Shown piece after piece: positions 36,029 through 48,567 of a DNA stretch of 56,501 nt. Each line of letters begins with the position of its first letter. Positions within the stretch are counted from its first letter, which is position 1. The notes under the pieces are model-generated. The model did not search any database. It saw only the letters and a program-made list of their open reading frames with translations, and was not told the origin of the DNA. The position numbers and the translations under genes were made by a program. The DNA is from Nemertoderma westbladi (taxonomy: Eukaryota; Animalia; Xenacoelomorpha): assembly GCA_032718475.1 (NCBI GenBank), contig JAUCBJ010007582.1, forward strand, positions 1-56,501. Direction: 5' to 3'.

Positions 36029-37090
36029 CTCTAATATATTACCGGATTTCTGCAATGCCTCCGCTTTTATCTGAATTATTTCATTTTATAATCTACCTAG
36101 TTACGACGAGTTCGGCCAATGTAGCATAATAGATAATAGAACTACATATTGTTAACGCCCAAAAATTATAAATATATTTTGCGGGTCATATATAGTTATT
36201 ATTTTATTATTATTATGTCCAATTCATTCAAGTGTGAGTAATATTTTTTAAAAATTCGTACGAAGTTCGTACGTAATAACTTGTGTAATTGTAATAACTG
36301 GTGTAATTTGTACGTTCAAAATTTTATGGCATTGAAATATTGTCATAAATTGAAATATTATGGCATATTATTTCCACTGAAATGATAAATGAAATGAGGC
36401 ATATTAAGGGAACCTATGATTTTGAAAGCTTTTTCCTTTTTTGACGAAATGACTTTATATGGTTTGTGAAGCACATCTAGTCTATTGTAATACAATATTA
36501 CCCCCAAGTATTCGCAATGGTTGACTTTATCGACCTTTTCTGTTCTATAAGTAAATAAATACTTGTGGGAAAGTCGGACCGATCATCCAATTTTATAGTT
36601 TTTGTTTTCGTTAAGTTAACAGCCAATCCATTCAGAGTGCACTCAGTCAGTCATGTAGGACATTTAAGCCGTGTTGTTAGAGTAAATAACCAAGTCGTAA
36701 ACATAGAATATAAATCTCAGTAAAACAACAGTTCGTCGTAGAAAGGTGCCGAGGTCGGCAATAAAATGTAATAAACTCTCGGAGAACCGCACGAAATTGT
36801 ATTATAAAGTCGAAGGCCGTCGTAAATTCAGATGTAATTCTCCAATAATTATCTTATTAAGTCGTTGACTTTACATCTGGTTCAAAAGTGATAAATTTTA
36901 TATAGTACACTACATAGACAAAGGTCAAATGTACCATTTCAGAGTCGATAAATGCGTTCTCAATATTAATTCATGTAAATTCTACGTAAATTGGCGTAAT
37001 TTGGCAATTCAAATCCGACTAAAGACTGTAGAAGTATCGCCACCTCCCTCCTTCCTGTCTTACTTTTTGTTTATTATTTGCTTTATGTAG

Positions 37091-37253
37091 GTTGGATTCT
37101 GATCTCAACGTTATTATTGCCGACTCCGCTCTCAGTAAAGATATATTCGAAGGCGATTACGTTACCGTTAATGAACAACACGTAAAGATACCTGCTAGAT
37201 GGATGGCTTTGGAGAGTTTATTGGATGCAGTTTATTCTCAAAAATCTGACGTG
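37091..37253 (+). CDS. RYK/MET-like kinase exon C (activation segment; DFG replaced by DSA)
   Basis: tatgtag|G ... GTG|gttagt. Encodes LDSDLNVIIADSALSKDIFEGDY...KIPARWMALESL...QKSDV, phase-compatible with exons B and D. Confidence 0.92.
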
Positions 37254-37306
37254 GTTAGTGATTGGTTGCCTAAGTTAATGAAATAAGAAATTAAAAATAT
37301 CGGGGA

Positions 37307-40300
37307 TTGATTGGTTAAGAACCACCATAGTGCAGGTCGTATTTGATTGGTTAGGAACCCCCATAGTGCAGGTCGTATTTGATTGGTTAGGAACCACCAT
37401 AGTGCAGGTCGTATTTGATTGGTTAGGAACCCCCATAGTGCAGGTCGTATTTGATTGGTTAGGAACCACCATAGTGCAGGTCGTATTTGATTGGTTAGGA
37501 ACCACCATAGTGCAGGTCGTATTTGATTGGTTAGGAACCACCATAGTGCAGGTCGTATTTGATTGGTTAGGAACCACCATAGTGCAGGTCGTATTTGATT
37601 GGTTAGGAACCACCATAGTGCAGGTCGTATTTGATTGGTTAGGAACCACCATAGTGCAGGTCGTATTTGATTGGTTAGGAACCACCATAGTGCAGGTCGT
37701 ATTTGATTGGTTAGGAACCACCATAGTGCAGGTCGTATTTGATTGGTTAGGAACCACCATAGTGCAGGTCGTATTTGATTGGTTAGGAACCACCATAGTG
37801 CAGGTCGTATTTGATTGGTTAGGAACCACCATAGTGCAGGTCGTATTTGATTGGTTAGGAACCACCATAGTGCAGGTCGTATTTGATTGGTTAGGAACCA
37901 CCATAGTGCAGGTCGTATTTGATTGGTTAGGAACCACCATAGTGCAGGTCGTATTTGATTGGTTAGGAACCACCATAATGCAGGTCGTATTTGATTGGTT
38001 AGGAACCCCCATAGTGCAGTTCGTATTTGATTGGTTAGGAACCACCATAGTGCAGGTCGTATTTGATTGGTTAGGAACCACCATAGTGCAGGTCGTATTT
38101 GATTGGTTAGGAACCACCATAGTGCAGGTCGTATTTGATTGGTTAAGAACCACCATAATGCAGGTCGTGTTTGATTGGTTAGGAACCACCATAATGCAGG
38201 TCGTATTTGATTGGTTAGGAACCACCATAGTGCAGGTCGTATTTGATTGGTTAGGAACCACCATAATGCAGGTCGTGTTTGATTGGTTAGGAACCCCCAT
38301 AATGCAGGTCGTATTTGATTGGTTAGGAACCACCATAGTGCAGGTCGTATTTGATTGGTTAGGAACCACCATAGTGCAGGTCGTATTTGATTGGTTAGGA
38401 ACCACCATAGTGCAGGTCGTATTTGATTGGTTAGGAACCACCATAGTGCAGGTCGTATTTGATTGGTTAGGAACCACCATAGTGCAGGTCGTATTTGATT
38501 GGTTAGGAACCACCATAGTGCAGGTCGTATTTGATTGGTTAGGAACCACCATAGTGCAGGTCGTATTTGATTGGTTAGGAACCACCATAATGCAGGTCGT
38601 ATTTGATTGGTTAGGAACCCCCATAGTGCAGGTCGTATTTGATTGGTTAGGAACCACCATAGTGCAGGTCGTATTTGATTGGTTAGGAACCACCATAGTG
38701 CAGGTCGTATTTGATTGGTTAGGAACCACCATAGTGCAGGTCGTATTTGATTGGTTAGGAACCCCCATAGTGCAGGTCGTATTTGATTGGTTAGGAACCA
38801 CCATAGTGCAGGTCGTATTTGATTGGTTAGGAACCACCATAGTGCAGGTCGTATTTGATTGGTTAGGAACCACCATAGTGCAGGTCGTATTTGATTGGTT
38901 AGGAACCACCATAGTGCAGGTCGTATTTGATTGGTTAGGAACCACCATAGTGCAGGTCGTATTTGATTGGTTAGGAACCACCATAATGCAGGTCGTATTT
39001 GATTGGTTAGGAACCACCATAGTGCAGGTCGTATTTGATTGGTTAGGAACCACCATAGTGCAGGTCGTATTTGATTGGTTAGGAACCACCATAGTGCAGG
39101 TCGTATTTGATTGGTTAGGAACCACCATAGTGCAGGTCGTATTTGATTGGTTAGGAACCACCATAGTGCAGGTCGTATTTGATTGGTTAGGAACCACCAT
39201 AGTGCAGGTCGTATTTGATTGGTTAGGAACCACCATAGTGCAGGTCGTATTTGATTGGTTATGAACCACCATAGTGCAGGTCGTATTTGATTGGTTAGGA
39301 ACCACCATAGTGCAGGTCGTATTTGATTGGTTAGGAACCACCATAGTGCAGGTCGTATTTGATTGGTTAGGAACCACCATAGTGCAGGTCGTATTTGATT
39401 GGTTAGGAACCACCATAGTGCAGGTCGTATTTGATTGGTTAGGAACCACCATAGTGCAGGTCGTATTTGATTGGTTAGGAACCACCATAGTGCAGGTCGT
39501 ATTTGATTGGTTAGGAACCACCATAGTGCAGGTCGTATTTGATTGGTTAGGAACCACCATAGTGCAGGTCGTATTTGATTGGTTAGGAACCACCATAGTG
39601 CAGGTCGTATTTGATTGGTTAGGAACCACCATAGTGCAGGTCGTATTTGATTGGTTAGGAACCACCATAGTGCAGGTCGTATTTGATTGGTTAGGAACCA
39701 CCATAGTGCAGGTCGTATTTGATTGGTTAGGAACCACCATAGTGCAGGTCGTATTTGATTGGTTAGGAACCACCATAGTGCAGGTCGTATTTGATTGGTT
39801 AGGAACCACCATAGTGCAGGTCGTATTTGATTGGTTAGGAACCACCATAGTGCAGGTCGTATTTGATTGGTTAGGAACCACCATAGTGCAGGTCGTATTT
39901 GATTGGTTAGGAACCACCATAGTGCAGGTCGTATTTGATTGGTTAGGAACCACCATAGTGCAGGTCGTATTTGATTGGTTAGGAACCACCATAGTGCAGG
40001 TCGTATTTGATTGGTTAGGAACCACCATAGTGCAGGTCGTATTTGATTGGTTAGGAACCACCATAGTGCAGGTCGTATTTGATTGGTTAGGAACCACCAT
40101 AGTGCAGGTCGTATTTGATTGGTTAGGAACCACCATAGTGCAGGTCGTATTTGATTGGTTAGGAACCACCATAGTGCAGGTCGTATTTGATTGGTTAGGA
40201 ACCACCATAGTGCAGGTCGTATTTGATTGGTTAGGAACCACCATAGTGCAGGTCGTATTTGATTGGTTAGGAACCACCATAGTGCAGGTCGTATTTGATT

Positions 40301-41737
40301 GGTTAGGAACCACCATAGTGCAGGTCGTATTTGATTGGTTAGGAACCACCATAGTGCAGGTCGTATTTGATTGGTTAGGAACCACCATAGTGCAGGTCGT
40401 ATTTGATTGGTTAGGAACCACCATAGTGCAGGTCGTATTTGATTGGTTAGGAACCACCATAGTGCAGGTCGTATTTGATTGGTTAGGAACCACCATAGTG
40501 CAGGTCGTATTTGATTGGTTAGGAACCACCATAGTGCAGGTCGTATTTGATTGGTTAGGAACCACCATAGTGCAGGTCGTATTTGATTGGTTAGGAACCC
40601 CCATAGTGCAGTTCGTATTTGATTGGTTATGAACCACCATAGTGCAGGTCGTATTTGATTGGTTAGGAACCACCATAGTGCAGGTCGTATTTGATTGGTT
40701 AGGAACCACCATAGTGCAGGTCGTATTTGATTGGTTAGGAACCACCATAGTGCAGGTCGTATTTGATTGGTTAGGAACCACCATAGTGCAGGTCGTATTT
40801 GATTGGTTAGGAACCACCATAGTGCAGGTCGTATTTGATTGGTTAGGAACCACCATAGTGCAGGTCGTATTTGATTGGTTAGGAACCACCATAGTGCAGG
40901 TCGTATTTGATTGGTTAGGAACCACCATAGTGCAGGTCGTATTTGATTGGTTAGGAACCACCATAGTGCAGGTCGTATTTGATTGGTTAGGAACCACCAT
41001 AGTGCAGGTCGTATTTGATTGGTTAGGAACCACCATAGTGCAGGTCGTATTTGATTGGTTAGGAACCACCATAGTGCAGGTCGTATTTGATTGGTTAGGA
41101 ACCCCCATAGTGCAGTTCGTATTTGATTGGTTATGAACCACCATAGTGCAGGTCGTATTTGATTGGTTAGGAACCACCATAATGCAGGTCGTATTTGATT
41201 GGTTAGGAACCACCATAGTGCAGGTCGTATTTGATTGGTTAGGAACCCCCATAGTGCAGGTCGTATTTGATTGGTTAGGAACCACCATAGTGCAGGTCGT
41301 ATTTGATTGGTTAGGAACCACCATAGTGCAGGTCGTATTTGATTGGTTAGGAACCACCATAGTGCAGGTCGTTTTTGATTGGTTAGGAACCACCATAGTG
41401 CAGGTCGTATTTGATTGGTTAGGAACCACCATAGTGCAGGTCGTATTTGATTGGTTAGGAACCACCATAGTGCAGGTCGTATTTGATTGGTTAGGAACCA
41501 CCATAGTGCAGGTCGTATTTGATTGGTTAGGAACCCCCATAGTGCAGGTCGTATTTGATTGGTTAGGAACCACCATAGTGCAGGTCGTATTTGATTGGTT
41601 AGGAACCACCATAGTGCAGGTCGTATTTGATTGGTTAGGAACCACCATAGTGCAGGTCTTATTTGATTGGTTAGGAACCACCATAGTGCAGGTCATATTT
41701 GATTGGTTAGGAACCACCATAATGCAGGTCGTATTTG
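37307..41737. repeat. 36-bp minisatellite (GATTGGTTAGGAACCACCATAGTGCAGGTCGTATTT)n, about 123 near-identical copies, intronic
   Basis: Direct reading. It fills ~90% of the intron between exons C and D. Confidence 0.98.
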
Positions 41738-42184
41738 TGTTTAAACGGGAGCGTATTATTTATTATGGCCCTGAAGCATTAATGCTATTCCACTATTTAA
41801 AAAAAAGATATTTTCTCGTAAATACAATTTTGGAATTTGGGACATTTTAAAAAATAGTGATTTTTTTTTAAAACGGTGATTATATTACTATATTGATATT
41901 TATAATAAGCTCTCTGTACTAGATTAATTGTTAGGGATATTTTGAAGTGACTATTTTTATACATTGAAAAGGTAATAATTATTTCAAAACACCCCTAACA
42001 CCTTATTCTTATTATTGAGAGTAATTGTTGAGCAATCCATATAGTATGGACCTCAACCACGCTGCTGTTTAATGCTATTCCGCCAAAACCAACCACATTA
42101 ATTAATTCTATAAACATAATTTAATTAGTAAAAAGTAATTTTTCGGTTATTCAGTTATTTTTTATTTAATTATTTTTGATTTAG

Positions 42185-42321
42185 TGGAGTTTTGGAATCC
42201 TCTGTTGGGAGTTACTAACACGCGGTTGTTCCCCTTACAACGATATTGGAGACGAAAATATTATCGAGAATTTAATAGAAGGGAAACGATTGTCCCAACC
42301 CGATTATTGTCCCTTAGAACT
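42185..42321 (+). CDS. RYK/MET-like kinase exon D
   Basis: atttag|TGG ... CT|gttagt. Encodes WSFGILCWELLTRGCSPYNDIGDENIIENLIEGKRLSQPDYCPLE(L). Not in the supplied ORF track. Confidence 0.93.
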
Positions 42322-42613
42322 GTTAGTAAATACTGAAAGAAATTAATTTTATTAATCAAAAACAACTCTTTGATACTAAATACTTTTTTATGCACAGACA
42401 TTCGCTACTTACAGTTGGAAGCTGTTGCTCTTGAATAAAATCTAATGATTAAAAATGAGGCAGTCATATAAATATTGCTGCATCTCTCTACATGATGTCT
42501 ACGTACCATTACAATTTTATCTCAGTTTTCATTTCCAATTTTATTTTTTAATTTATTTAATTTTTGTAATATTTCATTCAATATGGGTGATTGTTACTAC
42601 AATTTACTCGCAG

Positions 42614-42884
42614 TTACCAACTAATGCAGTCCTGCTGGCTCCTGGAACCAGCGGATAGACCAAACTTCCACGCTATCTACAACAACATCAGGTTCTTCCT
42701 CGAAGTCAGCAACAGAGAGTTCGATCTGGAGAACAGATACATCGAGTTACTCAGGAAGGGCAGCAGTAAACGGACTAGGGGTAGGAGATCCAGCTCGAAG
42801 CGCAGTAAAGATTCGCCTAAAGGGTCGACGGTGGAGGTTACAGTGGAACCCAGACCTACGGAGCTGGGTTCATCGGAAGTGTAG
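42614..42884 (+). CDS. RYK/MET-like kinase terminal exon E
   Basis: ctcgcag|T TAC. Encodes YQLMQSCWLLEPADRPNFHAI... followed by a basic tail ending SSEV-stop. Confidence 0.9.
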
Positions 42885-43073
42885 ATTAATTAATCGACTC
42901 TGGGAATACTTTTCTACGTAGTGGGGTTGCCGATATTAGATACAGTGCTGTTAGCTTATTGTTTAGGCCTAAATCAAAATAGTGTTGTTAAGTTTGTAGT
43001 AGAAGTTTAATTCCTGAATATAAAATATTTAAATTATTAATTTAGTAGGTATTCCAATTTAGACTCATTTATC

Positions 43074-43694
43074 GGGTGTAAACGTTAAGCAGACACTGGT
43101 GCAAACAGTGGTGCAGATAGTGGTGCAGACAGTGGTGTATACAGTGGTGTATACAGTGGTGCAGAGTGGTGCAGACAGTGAGGCAGACAGTGGGGCAGAC
43201 AGTGGTGCAGACAGTGGTGCAGACAGTGGTGTATACAGTGGTGTATACAGTGGTGCAGAGTGGTGCAGACAGTGAGGCAGACAGTGGTGCAGATGCAGAC
43301 AGTGGTGCAGAGTGGTGCAGACAGTGGTGTATACAGTGGTGCAGACAGTGGTGCAGACAGTGGTGTATACAGTGGTGCAGAGTGGTGCAGACAGTGGTGC
43401 AGACAGTGGTGCAGAGTGGTGCAGACAGTGAGGCAGACAGTGGGGCAGACAGTGGTGCAGATGCAGACACTGGTGCAGACAGCACCTCTGCACCACTGTA
43501 TACACCACTGTCTGCACCACTGTCTGCACCACTCTGCACCACTGTCTGCACCACTCTGCACCACTGTCTGCCTCACTGTCTGCACCACTGTCTGCACCAC
43601 TGTCTGCACCACTGTCTGCACCACTGTCTGCACCACTGTCTGCACCACTGTCTGCACCACTGTCTGCACCAGTGTTTGCTTAACGTTTACACCC
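43074..43694. mobile_element. MULE-like foldback MITE built of inverted 12-bp repeat arrays
   Basis: TIR gggtgtaaacgttaagca / tgcttaacgtttacaccc and an exact 9-bp TSD TCATTTATC (43065-43073, 43695-43703). The interior is (AGACAGTGGTGC)n, switching to its reverse complement at ~43485. Confidence 0.9.
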
Positions 43695-45379
43695 TCATTT
43701 ATCAATACTTTTAGTGTACAGTAGCAATCTAAGTTATTGCGACTGGGCGTGGCAGTAATTAACAACAACTTCCTGTCTATTATTAGTTACAGGTGCAGGA
43801 ATTCATAATTATCAATGCTTCTATATCCTATAACATTATTTATAATAAGTATATTCATATACTTCTGTGTAAAGTAGCGCTCGAGTGAACGAATGTAGCG
43901 AGTGAGTGCAAATATAGATACTACAACCTGTTATAGAGGTCATGATATACTGATCTAGGGCCTAACTCGTCAGATTAGAAAAAGTTTGCAACTAATTCTA
44001 AATAGTTTTTAACATCTTTTATTAATAATTATTTATTTTGTTTCGATACCTTCCTTGCTTGACCACTATATTTTTGACGTACACATTCTAGTAATGCCAA
44101 AGATGGAATCTCTAGGCGTTTTTTTTTCAATAGAGATGTTATGGGCTATATAAAATAATGATGTCATTTTTGAATAAATAAGTAATATGTCCTAGAAAAT
44201 TCGGGGTATCTTTTAACCCACACTCTTTGTGAGATTTACTTGAATATATCATTATAATTAATATGTACCCCGTATTGACGGGGTAACATATCCCACTAAA
44301 CTCTAATTTTTAATCTCCCAAAGCGGAGCTTCACAAAGCTAGAACAATCATGGCGAATGCGGCTATAAATAAGTAATATGTCCTAGATAATTCGAGGTAA
44401 CAACTATTAACAAACCATTCCAGTGATTGCGATATGGATTTGGTGGTTAATACGTAAAATGCGTAAAATTTAAGAAAAGCACCAAAGCCTAAAAGTGGAT
44501 TCTCTGATAGAGATTTAGGGAGGGGGGGGGGGGGGGGGGGGCGTCACCATAACCATTTAAATTTTATTACCCAATTTTAATGCATAACAGACTCCTCTAA
44601 AGGGGTGTTATTTATCTCTTGTCCATTTTAATGTCCTTTTCCACGTCCGTTCTCTCCGTTTAATAGTATAAATAATGATATAGTTGTTAGATAATATAGT
44701 TTAATAATCTAGTTAAATACTATACACCCTATTTATACCTAACACAGATATTTGGGCCTACATTATTAACAGTTTACATGGACGTGGTTAAGGAGGTAAA
44801 AAGAGGCCAAGCCACCCCATACCTTATTCAATCAATCGTTTTATTTCTCCATGTGTCATTTTAATTTCTTATTTCCCTCGATATATTATTAATTAGAGTT
44901 TGTTTGGCGAGCCGCGTTAAGTAGGTCTACGTAATAGGTGAAAAAATTAAACCCTGACTATTTTATTCTTTGTGTTTTCGATTATTGCTTTGGTAAGAAT
45001 ACGGCGCTTGTCATGTCAACCACAGAATGGGCCTACAGATATTTTCATTGTATTTGTTTGGGCCTATTTTGGTATATTTTCAATTCAAAAGCATTTACTG
45101 CAAATTTTTTTGAATTTGATGTATCGAGAATGGGGTTCTTTTTGTGTTTAACGCACCCTCGATACAAATAATAATAATAAATATAAAGTTAATTGTATTT
45201 TATTTATTAATCAAGCACGTTAAGTAAAATCCTTAATTTCTCAATTCTCAATTGCTCAATGCCACTGCGTTGTCAATGCCATTGCTCAATGTCACAAACG
45301 CGGTGTTGTTTGTGATATGTTTCATCGCATCTTTAACGCCAGTAAGGGTGGGGATGGTTCCCAACTCTATACCGCTATT

Positions 45380-46240
45380 GGGGATGCTAAGAATATTCTC
45401 AGCAATAACCAATATACTGACTGATGCTGTAGTCGAACGCGAGCTTGCCGTAGTTCAAGCCGCTAGGGGGCGTGCAGGCAGTGGTTCTGGGGGCGAGGCA
45501 CCAACAGCTGTCCCCACCGAGGTCATTGACCCGGTCGACCAGACAGCTGCTGATGGTTCCAAGCCTATTATCTGTAAGTTCGAGTACCGAGGTCGGGCAA
45601 CTGATCTGTTTGTTCGAAAGTTACGTGGTTTTATACCCAGGTCTTGCACACGGCCAGTTCGGTTTGTTTTTACAACATCTAAACTGCGCCAGTCACTCCA
45701 ATCTCTCAAACACCCCATCCCGGAAATCCGGGATGGGGAATCTCTTTCTCTTGTCCCTCTTGTAAGGGGGAATATGTTGGACACACCATCCAACACTTGT
45801 TTGAACGCGTTAGACAGCACCAGGATGGGACAGCCAATGATGGGAGCGAACAGGGTAAGACTGTGCACAATCACATCATGACGCACCGCGGCGAGCCCAA
45901 TACACGTTGGCTGACTGACTGGCGTGAATTGTTTAAACATTTCACTGTAATTGCTAGACACCCATTGCGGCCAGTCTTGCAAAAGCTTGAAATGTATTAC
46001 ATCCAAACACGCAAGCCGGTTTTCAACAAGCAGAAACGTGACTGGCGCAAGTTTATGGTGTTGTTTCCCAGTGGTTAGTTACAGTACAGACATCTCTTCA
46101 TTTCATTACCTGTTCCGTCCCCCTTTGGGAATCTCTCTCTACATTTCCTGGCTTGGCCTCCTGAGAATGCCTTCAGTTGCGGGGCGAAACCTACCGATCA
46201 GCTGGCTGCCTGACATATTTCACGAAATCTTACATTTCTA
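45380..46240 (+). mobile_element. Penelope-like retroelement 3' fragment (GIY-YIG endonuclease), frameshifted
   Basis: VRFVFTTSKLRQSL..LKHPIP, then SCPSCKGEYVGHTIQHLFERVRQH...VHNH...LEMYYIQTRKPVFNKQ, which is the PLE-type GIY-YIG signature. Boundaries approximate. Confidence 0.85.
46155..46205 (+). ncRNA. Possible degenerate minimal hammerhead ribozyme in the Penelope 3' region
   Basis: CTGAGAAT-GCC...GGC-GAAAC-CTACC-GATC resembles the CUGANGA/GAAA core with stem II, at the position expected in PLEs. The core and stems I/III are imperfect. Confidence 0.4.
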
Positions 46241-47030
46241 AGCTGAATATTTATATCAATATTATCAACAACTTTGCAGTAAACAACTACAAACATGGGC
46301 GTCATGATTCGTTTGTGATATTACTGCATAAATAATTTTGGTATACCAACCTGTACTAATTCATGTGTAGGGTGAAGACCCCATAATATATTTTCTTACT
46401 TTCTTAATATTGTATATTAAAGTAACTCATTCCGGCTACGTTTTTGCTGCATATCGTTACATTGAATAGGCCTAATAAATTTGTGTGACATCGTATTTAT
46501 AATATTTAAATAAACCACTTCCATAAAGCCTTTAACTTGATATGCATACTTCATAATAACCGTGTAGGTATCATTAATGGCTTTAAATCGGGGGAAAATA
46601 AAAGTTGAAATGACATTATCAAAAAAAAAGCGTCAATGTCATTCGTCCCTGGCTGAAGCCCCCACCATATATTATGTGAACTGTCATACATAGATGACAT
46701 GTTTCAACACTGTAACATTGACATATGTTTGTTTCACATGTCGACCAAACCAACCAAACATACTGCCTTTACATATTTGATACACTTTGATTAACTGGGG
46801 AAATTGCTTCCTACCTTTATCTAACAGAACAACACAGTATACCCTGTCAAAACACTCTTGGATTCTATTTCATTTATTATTTTTCCATTTCAACATTACA
46901 ATTTTTAAGTATTAAACGAACGGATGAAGTGGTAGGCATTCACCAGCGTTAACAGTGTATGGATGATAGAAATAAAATAATAATGCAATAAATACAATAA
47001 TAATAATAAAATAATTTTCATTTTCTTTAG

Positions 47031-47156
47031 CAAAATTCAGTTATTCTGTCCTCGTGTGATGAGTTTTAAACTCGTTGGCATAACACTCGCTTCGCTCGTG
47101 CTAAAAACCTGCCAACTCGTGTAAAACTCAACCACTCTGAAAGAATAGTTGAATTT
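47031..47156. repeat. Small hairpin-type dispersed repeat
   Basis: aaattcagttattct...cactcgcttcgctcgtg...agaatagttgaattt, with inverted ends around a central GCTTCGC motif. Confidence 0.45.
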
Positions 47157-47189
47157 CGCTAAATTGGAAATGAGTGAGAAACGTGATAT

Positions 47190-47585
47190 GAGTGTTCACA
47201 GGGTTCAATCATAGGTTTACTATACTGTATATTAACGACTCTGAATGCCTCTAAATTATACACAGTACTTTTCGCGGACGACTCAAGTTTTCTTTATAGA
47301 AACAATGACGCGACTTCCTTAGTAACGAACATAAACTCAGAACTTAGTAATATACAAGACTGGCTAATTTCCAATAGATTATCAATAAATGCAAAAAAAC
47401 CGAATTTATGGTAGCGTCAAACAAACTAGAAAAATCCAAAAATTTTAAACTATAAAACTTAAACTTTAAAAATTAACAATAATAAATCTTTAACAATGTC
47501 GACGTACCTAGGAATTAAAATTGATCAAAAGTAATCCTGGAAAACCCATATAACATGTGTTCTCAAAGTTATCTAAAAATATTAC
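47190..47585 (+). mobile_element. Degenerate L2/CR1-type LINE reverse transcriptase fragment
   Basis: QGSIIG...YIND...VLFADDS...INSELSNIQDWLISNRLSINAKK...YLGIKID..SWKTHI, read across frameshifts and stops. Confidence 0.75.
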
Positions 47586-48567
47586 CCGTACAACATTTGC
47601 ACTCACTACTGTAGAACATAGCAACATAATATTATGTTGCACAGTGTATTATGCACATTGCACATGCACATGCACATTTAAGAATGCTTGCGTTTATTGC
47701 CCGAACTGCCGAGTAGTGGAGCTAATGCTATAGGCCTACAGTACAATAATAACACACTTCCATGCAGGGATGGCATAACGAAACGAAGCGAACCATTTTG
47801 GCAATACCGAAACGAAAAAATAACGTATCGAAAAAATGGTAAACGAAACGAAATAAAAATACATGCAAATAACGAAACGAATCGAAAAAACAAAATAATA
47901 AGTGTTAAATGTTAACGTTAAATTAAAAATTAATTAAACTTTATGATATAAATTTAATAATATATAAAAATTATTGAAAAATTATTAATAATAATAATTA
48001 ATAATGGTACCAGCAGTACCCCAGTTCAAATTGTGTTACATATTTGGAATCCTTGCATGACCAGCTTTCAATTGGTACCAACAAACAACTATAAGGTAGA
48101 ATAATAACTGCGGTGTAACTGGTGTAATATCGCTGGAGACACTTTTTTTAACAGTTGTAGCTAAAGATTGAAAGCAAAAATAAAAATTCTGGCTCACCCA
48201 GTCAGTGGTCGGGAGGTGAAACTATCGCTGTTTCAAATTTCATGCAATCTCAATAAGATTTGTAGAAAAATTGGGGGGGGGGGGGGGGGGGGGTTGTCAC
48301 TGAATTACGACACTATATTCTGGGACACGGTGTATACAGTGTAGTACTGTACAATGCTTAATGTCGCCTATTAATAATTGTGGGACACTGTATGTATTTT
48401 TAAATAAATTTTATTAGTGTGTAAGAGGCTCGTTAAAAAATAATGAAGTCTACTCAAATAATGTGAAAATCGGGGGCTATATTTTTCATCATTATTGGCG
48501 TATCCAACTGAGGGTTGGGGGATGTTGGTTTTTATGTTTCATTTTTATATATTTTATTTATATTTTA

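Noticed and set aside
37275-41850. 1481-aa (MVVPNQSNTTCT)n ORF and the opposite-strand (VQVVFDWLGTTI)n ORFs
   Set aside because: By-products of a 36-bp (multiple of 3) satellite inside a kinase intron. There is no signal peptide or unique domain, and unit variants are mostly amino-acid-changing, with some creating stops on the + strand.
43065-43768. His/Cys-rich and VQTV repeat ORFs
   Set aside because: Translations of the 12-bp arrays inside a TSD-flanked MITE.
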